From the NCBI RefSeq assembly GCF_006345805.1, contig NC_043021.1:2170001-2234000 (forward strand): a stretch of 64,000 nucleotides of DNA, given 5' to 3'. The translations under genes were made by a program, and so were the position numbers. The notes beneath the pieces were generated by a model, which saw only the letters and a program-made list of their open reading frames with translations, had not been told where the DNA came from and searched no databases. The DNA comes from Octopus sinensis (taxonomy: Eukaryota). Positions 49,460 through 63,146 of the stretch are shown here, in pieces. The stretch's first letter is position 1. The number at the start of each line of letters is the position of its first letter.

Positions 49460-49525
49460 CTTATGTGGGTCTCCAAGGGCCCTTATGTGGGTCTCCAAGG
49501 GCTCTTATGTGGGTCTCCAAGGGCC
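49460..49525. repeat. Three 22-bp direct repeats cttatgtgggtctccaagggc(c/t)
   Basis: Directly visible. Confidence 0.9.
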
Positions 49526-49778
49526 ATAGAGACACCTGACGAGAGGCGTGGGTGTGGATGATGTTTGTCGTTGTAGTGGTGATGGTGTTAGTGATGGCTT
49601 CTTGGTTACGTTGGTGATGTCAATAGTTATGATAGTGTTGACGGTTCACCGATGGAACGGGAAAAAGCAGTTTCATTGATGTCGTCTCGTTAGCAGCTTT
49701 CAAGCCATTTGTGTTGTTACACATAGCCACACTCTTGCACAGCTATGCAAACACCCACGCAGACACACGCATACATAG

Positions 49779-49814
<36 letters not shown>

Positions 49815-50714
49815 TCTCTCTCTTACTCTGTCACGCATACACAGTTATATATTGATACACATGCATACAAACTCACACCTGAACAGCTATACACACATAA
49901 GGACACCTACACACCTGGATCTGGACATTCACTTGCGCATGCGTGCACGCACATACACGCACGCAGTCATGCATAGCTATACTCACACACACAACCTACG
50001 CACATCAGAACACCTACTCACTGGGATCTGGATCACACTCACACATACACACTTGCACGTACACACTCACATACACACACCTACGCACATCAGAACACCT
50101 TCACACTCACACAAGTATATACACAATAAGGGAGTCTCTACTATACTGAATCATGATATCTCTTTTGCTAGAAATAGTAGCCAAATTACCCTTGTATCAC
50201 ATCCTACAGTTTTAAAATTTAAAAAAAAAAAGGCGAAGTACATATTTTTGTAGTCTTAGATAGACTGTGCCTGAAAGCAATAAACGGCAGTGAAGATAAC
50301 TGATTTCTACCAGAAGCATAAGGCCCCTCATTTTGCAGAAACAAGGGTGTCAGTTTAGCCAGGACCCACTACTACTACTACTACTACTACTGATAATAAT
50401 TTTATTGTTTAATAATGGCTGTGTGGGTAGGAAGCTTGCTTGGCAGCAGTGTGGTTTCAAGTTCAAACCCACTGCATGACACCCCTTGCGCAAGTGTCTT
50501 CTGTGGCCCCGAGCTGACCAAAGCCTTGTGAGTAGATTTGGGAATTTGGTAGACAGAAACTGTGAGGAAGCCTACCATATGTGTCTGTGTGTTTGTATCT
50601 GTTACTCCACCACTCAACAACTGGTGTTGGTTTGTTTACACCCCTGCTGCTTAGCAGTTCAGCAAAAGAGATCTATAGAGTAAGTACCAAACTTCAAAAA
50701 AAAAAGGTATTTAA

Positions 50715-51460
50715 GAAATGCTAAAAGGCAAGGTCGATCTGCATGGGATTTGAACTCTGACCGTTAACATCTAGAAGGATTGCTGCTGAGCATTTTCTCA
50801 GATGTGCTAACAGTTCTGCCAGCTTGTGAAACTTTGGAGGAGGGGCCTAGTTAATTACATCAGCCCCAGTGCTCAACTGGTACTTATTTCATCAACCCCT
50901 GAAAGGATGAAAGGCAAAGTCGACCTCGGCAGAATTTGAACTCAGACAGACGAGATGCTACTAAGCATTTTGCCCAGCTTACTAACAATTCTGCCAGTCC
51001 AGCTCGCCTCATTAATAATGATAATAATAATCCTTTCTTCTAAGGGCACAAGGGCTGAAATTTGGTGGGGAGGGGCCAGTCGATTAGATTGACCCCAGTA
51101 TGCAACTGGTACTTAATTTATTGATCTCAAAAGGATGAAAGGCAAAGTCAACTGTGGCAGAATTTGCTGCTAAGCATTTTCCTCGGCTTGCTAACAATTC
51201 TGCCAGCCCAGCTAACCTCATTAATAATAATAATAATGATATTAAGGTCTCTTTCTACTATAGGCACAAAGCCTGGAATTTGTGGGGAGGGGTCTTGTTG
51301 ATTACTTGTTCAGTAGATTTGTGTTTGGCTTATTTGATCGACCCTGAAAGAATGAAAGGTAGTCATATTTGAACTCAGAACGTAGCAAATTGGAAGAAAT
51401 TCCTGTGAGCATTTTGCCTGACATACTAGCGATGCTATCAGCTCACCACCTTAATAATAA
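50715..51460 (-). repeat. Head-to-tail cluster of about four C-type SINEs separated by (TAA)n tracts
   Basis: aaaggcaaagtc / ctaacaattctgccag blocks recur, with taataataa between copies. Confidence 0.7.
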
Positions 51461-51464
51461 TAAT

Positions 51465-51870
51465 AATAATAAGAGCACTCAGAGAGTGCAAACCTCCGCC
51501 AAGGCAACACCAATGTCCTCTCAACGATTAGTCGGAGATGATTTTTAAAATGAGAATATCTGAAATAAACTTGACTGCTCTCACAAACGAGAATGCTAAA
51601 CATGAACCCGGCTGCTCTCAAGAATTAAGTAAAAAAACAGGAAAAATAATCCAGAATTATTGTCCGGTACAGGATCAGTCCCCAGATCTAATCAGTTTAT
51701 GTCAGTCACGGGACCAAACATCCCTGAAAGTTTCATCTGAATTCATCTGGCGGTTCTTGAGATATCTTGTCCACAGACAAACCCGACTGGAAACAATACT
51801 ATTATTATTGTTATTATTATTATTATTATTATTACCTCTGCCTTCACTAAGGGAGAGGTGGTAATAATGG
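51465..51870 (+). mobile_element. Possible Helentron-associated (HINE/DINE-1-like) non-autonomous element
   Basis: aagagcactcagagagtgcaaacctccgccaaggc start; palindrome-like attacctctgcc...gggagaggtggtaat near the end. Family assignment is from recall. Confidence 0.35.
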
Positions 51871-52139
51871 TTTTAAATGTGGGATGAAGGCCAGAGGCTT
51901 TTGAGGATGGAAGCAGCAGCTGATTAAATCAAGTACTTGATTAGTACTTAATTAACTAACTACTGAAGAATGATGGGTGAAGTTAATCTTAAAGATAACA
52001 ATATTGATTTCTATCATAGGTGCAGGAGTGGCTGTGTGGTAAGTAGCTTGCTTACCAACCACATGGTTCCAGGTTCAGTCCCACTGCGTGGCACCTTGAG
52101 CAAGTGTCTTCTACTATAGCCTCTCACCACCTTGTCTTT

Positions 52140-52460
52140 CAGACATTGCATATCTGGAACTATTTTAGCCAGTGTATCACTCTTTAGGGTGTGTGTATAA
52201 ATTACAATAGATTTGACTGCTATTTCTACTGTGTTCTTCTCTCTCTGACATAGCATATCTAAGACTGCTTTGCCTGGTGTGTCCTTCTTTAGAGTATGAG
52301 TGTGAACTACAGTAGACTCGACTGCTATTTCTAGTACATTCTTCCCTATCCATCCTTGCATATCTAGGACTGTTTTATTTGCGCAGCATATCTGCATAAA
52401 TGTATGTGTGCATGTGCACGTAAATTTCAGTAGATTTGACTGTTATTTCTAGCGGATACC
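52140..52460 (+). repeat. Three ~105-bp tandem units derived from repeat J
   Basis: gcatatct at 52148, 52253, 52358; gactgYtatttcta at 52215, 52320, 52438. Confidence 0.65.
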
Positions 52461-52780
52461 GTGACCACGTAGCAAGTGATGCCCCCCCCCCCCCTTGGCA
52501 GGGTGAATGAATGCTGTTCAAGTGATGGTGTCATGGAAGGAAGTTCGACCAAAGTTGTTGAGTCACTGCTGCTTCTAGTGTCAATCAAGTGCACGGCTAA
52601 CCACCACCTCCACTGTCTCTCCCACCCCCATACACCTACCCTCCTGTCACTCTAACAGGACTTAGACTACACACACATATATGTAGTTTTTTCCTTTTAT
52701 CACGCATTGTATGACCAACACTTTTTTGTCAAGCTTGACAAAATTACCTTACTGACTTATTGCTGCTGCTGCTACCACTA

Positions 52781-52814
<34 letters not shown>

Positions 52815-52864
52815 AGAGGAGCCATTAAGATGGCCACTCAAACTTGGTGATAATATCTTCAAAC

Positions 52865-53260
52865 TTTCTGATTTGTTTCACTCATTGAACTGTGGCCATG
52901 CTGGGGTACCTCCTTGAAGGGTTTAGCTTAAACAAAATCAGCCTCCCTACTTATTCCACCTCCATTTTTTTTCTTTAAACACTGCTTCTTATTTTATCGG
53001 TCTCTTTTGCCCATCTGCTAAGTTACCGTGATGTAAACAAACCAACAGCTGCTGTCAAACAGTGGTGGGAGCACCAACACTCACACATGTGCATCCATGC
53101 ACTTTGGCCTTCTTTCAGTTTCTATTCACAGGGCTTTGGTCAGTTAGGGGCTATAGTAGAAGACATTTTTACCCAATCACCCAACCCCGAGGTGCCACAC
53201 AGTGGGATTGAACCTGAAAATATGTGGTTGGGAAGCAAACTACCCACACAGCCACACCTG
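52865..53260 (-). mobile_element. SINE family A, diverged
   Basis: Family head and tail recognisable. Confidence 0.6.
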
Positions 53261-53397
53261 CTAAATCTTCAAATAATTTCTGCAAATGTACCAAGTTTTA
53301 GAAATAAGACAAAAATATTAGTAGCTCTAGATAGCCCCCACCCCTATTAAAATGAATGTGAAATTAACTTTCTTGGTTATTCCAGTAATGACGTGAA

Positions 53398-53588
53398 CCC
53401 TTTTGTTACTGTATTTATTTTGAGGTGCTCCGTATTTCTTTCAATTACTTAAAATATAAACAAACAATTTAGTGAAATAACTTAGTTATCATTAAGGTTT
53501 GGTGGAAGATATCAATTCAGAACTTTTGAAAACAAGACATTTGTACTCCGAGCCAGAGCCGATTTCAGCCGGGTTGGTAATGAAAGGG
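53398..53588 (-). mobile_element. TTAA-type MITE family G
   Basis: cccttttgtt...gaaaggg termini. Confidence 0.6.
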
Positions 53589-54180
53589 TTCAATATCTAC
53601 CCAAAAAAGGTAGAATTGGTATTTTCTGAAAGTCTCAATAAACTCAATTCAACATATCACAACAGAAAATAGTTTGAAACATGAGATTCCTCAACAAATT
53701 GGTTGGTATATATATGTGTATATATATATATATATATCAAACTGCTTTCTGCAATTATTGGTAATGAAATTTGGAGTGGGTATATCTGATTTCCACAGAG
53801 AAAAAGGTTAACCAATGATAGCAAGACTGATGAGAATGATTACACTGACAAAGTTGATTACAACATTGATGACATTCCTTATTCTCTTAATGTTGTAATT
53901 AACTAATTTTAACCCTTTCGCCATGAAATTAAGTTTCTTGGTTATTATAGTAATTATGTTAAATATCTGCCAAAACAAATAGAATTGGCGTTTTCTGCAC
54001 GTCCCATTACCTCGGTAAACTTGACATATTCCAGCAAAAGGTGGTTTCAAACATGAAATTCCTTAGCAATAGATTAATATATAAAACTACTTTCTACAGT
54101 TAAGGGCCACGGATTTTTGAGAGGATCTATTTGCTTCCTACAGTAAAAGTATGAAAACAAGTTTTTATATACAACGGTGT

Positions 54181-54563
54181 AGGAGTGGCTGTGTGGTAAG
54201 TAGCATGCTTACCAACCACATGGTTCTGGGTTCAGTCCCACTGCATGGCACCTTGGGCAAATCTGTTCTACTATAGCCTCGGGCCGACCAAAGCCTTGTG
54301 AGTGGATTTGGTAGACGGAAACTGAAAGAAGCCTGTCGTATATATGTATGTGTGTTTGTGTGTCTGCATTTGTCACCCTCAGCATCGCTTGACAACCGAT
54401 GCTGGTGTGTCTACATCCCCGTAACTTAGCGGTCTGGCAAAAGAGACCGATAGAATAAGTACTAGGCTTACAAAGAATAAGTCCTGGGGTCGATTTACTC
54501 AACTAAAGGCTGTGCTCCAGCATGGCTGCAGTCAAATGACTGAAACAAGTAAAAGAGTAAAGA
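54181..54563 (+). mobile_element. SINE family A, full length, young-looking
   Basis: Complete head, body and tail. Confidence 0.85.
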
Positions 54564-54699
54564 GTATCTCATAGCTTTGATATTTCAATGATGCAACTGT
54601 TTATTTTTAGAATGACAGTTTAGGGTAGGTGTGAGAGCCTGGATCTGGTCGGTTTGAGCCAGATATAGTTGGATTAACTCTTATCAAAATCAGATTCGA

Positions 54700-55073
54700 T
54701 GACTGGCGTCCGTGTTAGCAGGGTGCATAGAGCACCATACGAGTGTGATCATTGACAGAGCGGCTAACCGGCTTCCGTGCCAGTGCCACTTAAAAGGCAC
54801 CATTCGAGCGTGATCGTTACCAGCATCGCCTTACTGGCACCTGTGCCGGTGGCATGTGTAAAAGATTCGAGCGAGGTCGTTACCAGTGCCGCCTGACTGG
54901 CCCCGTGGTGGTGGCACTTAAAAGCACCCACTACACTCTCGGAGTGGTTGACATTAGGAAGGGCATCCAGATGTAGAAACTCTGCCAGATCAAGATTGAA
55001 GCCTGGTGCAGCCTTCTGGATTACCAGCCCTCAGTCAAATCGTCCAACCCATGCTAGCATGGAAAGCGGACGT
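54700..55073 (+). mobile_element. Family B element (longer 5' part with internal ~55-bp repeats) inserted in a family F MITE
   Basis: F sequence stops at ...cagattc and resumes gtcaaatgtaatgc after the B 3' end. Confidence 0.7.
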
Positions 55074-55848
55074 TGTCAAATGTAATGCTTATTTATTCAC
55101 ATTATTTTGAATTAATCCTGCATTATCTCATAGCTTTGATATTTCAATGATGTACTTGTTTATTTTTAGAATGACAGTTTAGGGTAGGTGTGCGAGCCTG
55201 GATCTGGTCGGTTTGAGCATAAAACAGGTAGAACTTTTGTGCTGAGTATGGCTTGTTTCAACAGCAAAGGCTTAAATACCAGTTACGCATTTGAGGTCAT
55301 CAAACTAATTACCTACATAGCTATTATTAGACCAGTGATAAGAGTCTTCTCTTCACATATATATTCTGCTAGTCGTTGTTGTGTGGTGGTGGTTTTTGCC
55401 CTAGCCTTTCTAAGCTCTTTTCAGAGCTACCAAGACAGCCAGGATTTACTGGTGCCGAGAGCCAATCAACCACCAGATTGTTATGTGACCTAGCCAACTG
55501 GCAGTGCAGGAAGTGTGTTAGCAGTGTTGTAGTTGGTGTTATTATTAGCTTTTCCTACTGACTTACATTTTTTTTCGTGTCGAGTGTCAGCATGTAGCAT
55601 CGGACCGCCCTTAGTGCTGACACTCACTCACTCACTTTCTCTTTTCCTTTTTTTTTTTTGTTTAATTTTAAAAAGAATTTTTGTTTTTGGTTTAACCTAA
55701 CCCACGTACTTAGTGAAATACTGACAAATATTTCAGTAAGTACGTGGCCCACACTACAATACCACCTGCATGTATTCCTGCTGCGGTCACTTGGTCAGCT
55801 GATGCAACAGTTGTGCTATTTCAGTCAGATTTTTCTACTAGGATGTTA

Positions 55849-55880
<32 letters not shown>

Positions 55881-55904
55881 TAACAGTAGTAGTAGTAATA
55901 ATGA

Positions 55905-56120
55905 TAATCCATTCTATTAAAGGCACAAGGCCTGAAATTTGCAGAGAGGGGACTAGTTGATTACATCGCCCTCAGTATTTCACTCGTACTTAAGTTACTA
56001 ACCCCGAAAGGATGAAAAGCAAAGTCGACCTCAGTGGAATTTGAACTTAGAACATAGCGACGGACAAAATACCATTAAACATTTTGTCCAGCATGCTAAC
56101 GATTCTACCAACTTGCCGAT
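55905..56120 (-). mobile_element. SINE family C between (AAT)n tracts
   Basis: gaaaagcaaagtcgacctcagtggaatttgaacttagaac. Confidence 0.65.
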
Positions 56121-56404
56121 GATAATAATAATAATAATATAATAATAATAATAATTATTGTTATTATTAATATTTCTGCTTTTGGCACAAGGCCAGCAGT
56201 TTTGAAAAGGGGACAGCTAGTCAGTATAATAAACCTCAATACCATTTAGCATCTGCTTTCCATTCTGGCATGGGTTGGACAATCTGACTGGAATTGGTAA
56301 GCTGGAGAGCTGTGCCAGGTTTCAGTTTTTCTTGGCTTGGTTTCTGTGGCTGGATGTCCTTCCTAACATCAACTACTCAAAGAGTGTGGTAGGTACCTTT
56401 GTCG

Positions 56405-56825
56405 TGTTGCCGGCACGAGTGCCCCTGACGTGCCGCTGCCACGGGCGCCTCTGACGTGTTGCCAGCACGCGTGCCTCTGATGTGCCGCTGCCACGGGCGC
56501 CTCTGATGTGCTGTCGACACGAGCGCCTCTGTTGTGCTGCCGGCACAAGTGCCTTTTACATTACACCGGTATTTATTCTTTTATTCTTTTACTTGTTTCA
56601 GCCATTTGACTGCAGCCATGCTGGAGCACTGCCTTTGTGTATACTTTTTATGTGTCACTGCCAAAGGTGCATTTTACAAGTCACCAGCATTGTTGTCTCT
56701 TATGTGTCACTGGCACAGGTGCTCTTTGTACGTCACCAACACTGGTGCCTTTTACATATCACCTGTATGACTGCTACTTGTGTGTCACCAGCACAGGTGT
56801 CTTTTACATGTCTCCGGCACCCTCC
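56405..56825. repeat. GC-rich ~20-22-bp minisatellite derived from the B-family motif ttttacgtgccaccggcac, split by a SINE A fragment (56570-56635)
   Basis: Units such as gtgcctctgatgtgccgctgccacgggc and ttacatgtctccggcac, contiguous with the B copy at 56245-56400. Confidence 0.6.
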
Positions 56826-57504
56826 ATGACTACAATTTCGCTTGGTTTGCCACGTATTCTCGAGCACAGCCCATCACTGAATGTCTCAATCATTCGTCAT
56901 TGTTTACATAAGACCCAACATTCAGAGATCCTGCTTCACCACCTTTTCCTCTGGATTTAACATTTTGATTTCAAATCCTGTTGCATTTCGTCCTTCAGGG
57001 GAGGCGGGGGGGGGGGGGCGAAATGAAGTCACCTCGACAAATTCTGTCCAACCCATGCAAGCGTGGAAAAGTAAACGTTAAGATGATGATGATGGTGATG
57101 ATGATGAATTGTGACAAGAACACACAAAATTGTAAGACATTGAGACACAAAAGGAAAAAATTGTGAATTTCTAAAATTTCTTTCCTTTTTTCCTTTTTGT
57201 TGAGTATCAAGTAATGATTGCTGCTTGTATTGTGTAACCCGATGCAATCAATCACGGTCGAGTGATTGATGACTGAACTACACCCTCTCTCCTCCCCTTC
57301 TTTCTCACTCAGTGGCACTGTGCTGCGGGCATGGCAACACGGTTAAGAAGTTTACTTTGTAACCAAATGGGTTTTGGGGTTCAATTCCACTGAATAATAC
57401 CTTGGACAAGTTTCTTCTTCTGTAACCTTGGTTTGACCAATGCCACATGAATGAAAATTGGTAGATGAAAACTGCACTGAAGCCCATTATGCGTGTGTGT
57501 GTGT

Positions 57505-57741
57505 GCCAGTGACACGTAAAAGGCACCAACCGATCGTACCCGTTGCCAACCTCCTGGCACGTAAAAAGCACCCATTACACTCACAGAGTGGTTGGCGCTA
57601 AGAAGGGCATCCAGCTGTAGAAACACTGCCAGATCAGACTGGAGCCTGGTGCAGCCTTCTGGCTTCCCAGACCCTGGTCGAACAGTCTAACCCATGCTAG
57701 CATGGAATACGAACGTTAAACGATGATGATGATGATGATGA
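57505..57741 (+). mobile_element. RTE-type 3'-end element (family B)
   Basis: gaagggcatccagctgtag...(GAT)n tail. Confidence 0.75.
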
Positions 57742-58075
57742 TAAAACTGTTACATGGACCAGAAGCAAACCAACATATGAACTGTTCAACTGCTTAGTGA
57801 CTGCCACAAATGGAAACAGTGGTCACTTTATGGAATTGGTCCATTGAGATCCAACAGCAAAAATGTTGGGGGAGGGTTTAGTCACAGGCATAGGCAGCCC
57901 TTTTCAAGAAGTGGGCCACGCAAAACATGTATCGTTATCAGGCAGACAAAGCTACTAAAAAAAAATGAGGGTAATCTTTTAGTTAGGGGTTCCATTCAGA
58001 AAGTCATTTCCTGGGCCCGTGCCTGTAGTGTATCTAAAACTACATCATCCTGTGCATCTTTCCAACTTAAAACTA

Positions 58076-58326
58076 ACCCTTCAGCATCCAGATATGGTTG
58101 GATTTACTCTTTAGCATTCAGGTTACTCTGTCAAATGTAATGCTTATTCACGTTGTTTTGAATTAATCACACATCCTCTTGTAGCTTTAAGATTTCACTG
58201 GCGTCTAAGTATATTTTTAGAATGACGTTGTTGGGTAGGTGTGAGAGGTGGGATCCGGTCAATTTTAACATAAAACAGCTAGACTATTTGAGCCTGATAC
58301 GGCCGGATCGAATGCCAAAGAGTTAA
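58076..58326 (+). mobile_element. TTAA-type MITE family F
   Basis: taacccttcagcat...atgccaaagagttaa. Confidence 0.65.
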
Positions 58327-58954
58327 GCTGAGATTTGAAGGAGATATGGTTGCTATGTTTATTATGACAGGTGTAACCATGTAGAAATTCAATCATTGGG
58401 TTGCTGTTACTTGGGCTGGACTAAAGTAGACTTGTGATCTTAGGCTTTCCAGTTGTGGCCAACTAGTCTTGCATTAAGACATCGATGTGTTATTTGAGGG
58501 AAATTTAATTGTTATTTCTATAATTTTGCTGTTGTTTGTCCCAATTCCATCTTGATCAAGAGTTAGGATTAGACAGTCCAGCTGTGACCACCCTGTCTTT
58601 TTTCTTTCGTTTTTTTTTTTTTTTTTTTTTTTGCGATGTGTTCTGACTGCATTGTTTAATGCATTTTCCATTTTTTAAAGAAGTGGTTTGAGGAAAGTTT
58701 TTACTGTTATTTTTAGCATGTTGTATGGCAACTCCGGTGCTCCCTTGGCGTTGGCAGTGCATCACAATCTGGTCTTGTCTCTCCTCCTCCTTTCCCTCCT
58801 TCCTCGCTGCAATGCTGCAATACCCAGAGCACCAGTTGCTTCTCGTGTATTTTCCTGCACTTGTTCAATCGGATTATGCATTCTGCAGCTGCAGCTAACC
58901 GATTTTTAGAATTTCCCCTGCACTATATTTTCTCTCTCCTCCCCCGTCTCTCTA

Positions 58955-58978
58955 TCTGTATATACATGTGTGTATGTG

Positions 58979-59022
<44 letters not shown>

Positions 59023-59051
59023 TGTGTGTGTGTGTGTGTATATATATATGT

Positions 59052-59098
<47 letters not shown>

Positions 59099-59111
59099 AT
59101 ATATGTGTGTG

Positions 59112-59146
<35 letters not shown>

Positions 59147-59213
59147 ATATATGTGTGTGTATATATATATATATATGTGTGTATGTGTGTGTGTATGTAT
59201 ATGTGTGTATATA

Positions 59214-59252
<39 letters not shown>

Positions 59253-59933
59253 GTATCTATATATATATGTATCTTTGTTCTCCCTTTCTCTCTCTCACAG
59301 TGCAACATTTTGTTATACACACGCATGTGCATATATACATGCATCCAGATGTGCCTACACCGAGAAGTAAACATACACTCCATATAGTCACACACACACA
59401 CACAAGTATATGCATATGCATACACGTGAAAAGATGTATATGTGTATTATATATATATATGTATCAGTATAGTTATAGCTATATGTATGTATAACTATAT
59501 ACATGTATATGTATGCATTGGCGTATGTGTGTGTGTGTGTATATATGTGTATACATGTGTGTGTGTGCACAGGTGTATATATGTATATGTATATATGCGC
59601 ATGTTTGTATATACGTGTACGTGTTTGTATACATATATAATTATATATATGTGCACACGTATGTATATACGTTTGTGTACATGAGTATATACATATATAT
59701 GCGTGCACATATATATATACGAGTGTGTGTACATGTATATATGCACATGTATGTATGTGTGTGTGTGCATGTATATATATTTGTGTGTATATATATTTGC
59801 ACATGTATGTATATATGTATGTGTACATGTATATATATATATATAAATGTATATATATATGTGTGTGTATATATATATATGTGTGTGTGTACATATATAT
59901 ATATATATACATATACACGTATATATATATGTG

Positions 59934-59977
<44 letters not shown>

Positions 59978-60150
59978 CACGCATATATTTACATGTATCT
60001 GTAAATGTATATATATATATGCACATGTATTCACATCTATCCATATATGTATGTGCAGCGTGTGTATATATGTATTTATACACGTACACACACATGTATG
60101 TGCATTTATGTCTGTAAGCATACGTGTGTGTATATATATATACATATTTA
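58955..60150. repeat. Long (TG/TA/CA) compound microsatellite
   Basis: Directly visible. Confidence 0.9.
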
Positions 60151-60479
60151 CTATTGTTCTTTGTTTCACTTGGGGCCATCATGGTTCAGACAGTTCCAGC
60201 AGCAGAAGCGTTTTTCTGTGAAAAGGGGTTAACTACCCCTCATAAGGCTTTTCTTTTGGTTTCTGGGGAAACGAACCCTGTCCGAGGTTTTCCCTGCTCT
60301 GTCTTCTTCTCACACTGTAATGTAGACGAGAGAAAGAGAATTTACCCCCAGCGTACGACTGGTACTTGATTTACCAACTCTGCAAGATGGCTGGAAGGCT
60401 AAGTTGACCTTGGCAAATCACGAACTAATACTGTAAGGTCTTCTTGTCACTCTAATGACGCCATTGATTTGCACGCGCG

Positions 60480-60541
60480 TGTGTGTGTGTGTGTATATAT
60501 ATGTATATATACATACATATATATACACATGTATATGTATG

Positions 60542-60572
<31 letters not shown>

Positions 60573-60780
60573 GCGCATATGTATGTAACTAGATGTGCAT
60601 GTGTGTATGTGTATAAATGTGTGTGCATGTCTAATTGTATATGTGTACGTATGTGTATACATGTGCGTGTGTGTGCATATTGTATATATATATATACATA
60701 TATATATATTGTATTCATGTTTTATGTATGTGTAAAATAAATAAACATATATACATATGCGTGTGCGCATGCATGCTGCT
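60480..60780. repeat. (TG/TA) compound microsatellite
   Basis: Directly visible. Confidence 0.85.
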
Positions 60781-61174
60781 CTCATACACAATGTCTTCAC
60801 CCAAATACTGTGTATGTGCACTAACGCATACTGCGCACATGTATTGTGCACATGCGTACAAGTACTGTTCCTGTCTGCTAACGCTGCACGTATGCTGCAC
60901 ACGCACACACAGAATCTACTAGATTTCCTATTTTGATTGTTACTGACGTAACAAATAAGAGTTTACATACATTGGGTGTGTCATAGTGTGGGTGGATGGG
61001 TGGGAGGTATGTTGTGTGGGGGTGGGGGTGGAGGCAGTGGTGGTTTACTATTATTATTATTATTATTATTATTATCATAACTGGTAAAGTAACATTTACA
61101 TGATAGTGACTGCGAGAGGAAATTAACTCAGGGGCGTCATCTGCGCAGAAGAATAAGTTAAGTTAGTGACGTCT

Positions 61175-61375
61175 TAACCCTTTTTAGCATTTAAACTGGC
61201 CAGTTCTGGCCCCGAATGTTTTAGTCGTTTTATGTTCAAGCCAACCAGATCCAGCTTCTCACACCTTCCCTACAATGCCATTCTAAAAATATAAAATCAA
61301 ATCGTTTGAAATTTTGAAGCTACGAGACAATGTATTCGTTATACCTGACAGAGAAATCTGAACGGTAAAGGGCAA
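61175..61375 (-). mobile_element. TTAA-type MITE family F
   Basis: ttaaccctttttagcatttaaactggcc...ggtaaagggcaa. Confidence 0.6.
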
Positions 61376-61873
61376 ATATAGTGACAGGTGAGAAAATGTC
61401 TGATTAGTTGACCCGTTTTAGTCATATATCAGTCTGTAACATGCTCGGTAAAATGCTGCACAGCATTTCGTCTGTCCTGAGTTCAAATTCCACCAAGGTC
61501 AACTTTGCCACTGATTCATTCGAGGTCGAGGAAATATGTACCAGTTGAACACGGGTGTCGATGAAATCGGTTTGCCCCCTACCCCCAAAAACTTGCTGGG
61601 CCTTGTGCCAGAATTTGAAACTGGTATATATCAATGTTCTCTGAAACTGCCTCCCCCCCAGGAGTCTATGATGCAAACTTCTTTAGCATTCAGATTACTC
61701 TGTCACACGTAATGCTTATTTATTCACATTGTTTTGAATTAATCAGGGATTATCTAGTGGCTTTGAGGTTCCAATGATGTGATTGTTTATTTTCGGAATA
61801 ACCTTGTAGGGTAGGTGTGAGAGGCCAGATATAGCCTGTTAGAACGTAAAACAAGTAGAATTTTTGGGCCGGA

Positions 61874-62305
61874 TCATCATCATCATCATCGTTTAATGTC
61901 CGCTTTCCATGCTAGCATGGGTTGGATGATTTGACTGAGGACTGGCGAACCAGATGGCTGCACCAGGCTCCAGTCTTGATCTGGCAGAGTTTCTACAGCT
62001 GGATGCCCTTCCTAATGCCAACCACTCCGAGAGCGTAGCAGGTGCTTTTGCGTGCCACTAGCACGAGGTCCAGTCAGGCGGTACTGGCAATGGCCACGCT
62101 TGAAATGGTGTTTTTTATGTGCCACCTGCACAGGAGCCAGTCCAGTGGCACTGGCAACGACCTCGCTCGAATGTTTTGTTCACGTGCCAGTAAGGCGACG
62201 CTGGTAATGATCACGCTAGAATGGTGCTTTTTACATGCCACCGGCACGGAAACCAGTTAGCTGCCCTGGCAATGATCATGCTCGGATGGTGCTCTTAGCG
62301 CTCCA
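61874..62305 (-). mobile_element. Family B element inserted in a family F MITE (61675-62330)
   Basis: F stops at gggccggat, then (CAT)n and B, and resumes atatctggtttaaatgcttaaagggtta. Confidence 0.75.
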
Positions 62306-62789
62306 TATCTGGTTTAAATGCTTAAAGGGTTAGAGTTGTTCTGAATTAAAACCTTTTGTTAACATTTCAGCTCAAAAATGATTAAAATTGTTTACTAAAC
62401 TCTTCGTTATTCTCAAAAGTAATTTAACTAAAAACAATGTATTTCAACAGAGATATGGTAACAAAAGGGTCAATACTGAAAAAGGTATTTTACTAAGTCC
62501 TTAATTTCAAAATCGGATGAAACAAAGCAATGCGTTTCAACAAAAAGATGGTAACCCATTCACCCTGTTACTCTGCCCAATGTTCTTGGGAAGGTCATTG
62601 GGGGTAGAGCCCTCAGCCACCTCCTCCATAGGGGCCTATCAGCAGCAGCTGTCATAAGATTATCTGGCTGGATTTCCAAGCATGACCAACTAGGACTACG
62701 GATATTATCTTAGCATCTTGCCCTTGCTCTATTGCTAGGACTCCTGTTTATTGGTTTTTAACTCTTTAGCATTCTGCTCTGGTATTTTT

Positions 62790-63146
62790 TTTTTTTACTT
62801 GTTTCAGTCACTTGACTGCAGCCATGCTGGAGCACCGCCTTTAGTCAAGCACATCGACCCCAGGACTTATTCTTTGTAAGCCCAGTACTTATTCTATCGG
62901 TCTCTTTTACCGAACCGCTAAGTGACGAGGACGTAAACACACCAGCATCAGTTGTCAAGCAATGCAGGGGTACAAACACACACACACACACACACACATA
63001 TATTTTTTGATTGACTTCTTTGTTTCCATCTACCAAATCCATTCAAGAGAAAGGCTATAGTAGAAGACACTAAAGATGCCCTGCAGTGGGACTGAACCTG
63101 GAACCATATGGCTGGGAGGCAAGCTTCTTACCACACAGACATGCCC
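62790..63146 (-). mobile_element. SINE family A
   Basis: Family head and tail recognisable. Confidence 0.7.

Noticed and set aside
58690-58930. Unique segment with open frames (e.g. MHNPIEQVQENTREATGALG... on the minus strand)
   Set aside because: No recognisable protein and no convincing pair of splice sites; similar unassigned segments at 46430-46620 and 60160-60330 were also left uncalled.
2529-63146. SINE heads as additional tRNA genes
   Set aside because: They have A/B-box-like motifs but no closed acceptor stem or anticodon arm, and continue into shared SINE bodies. Only 21668-21739 forms a full cloverleaf.
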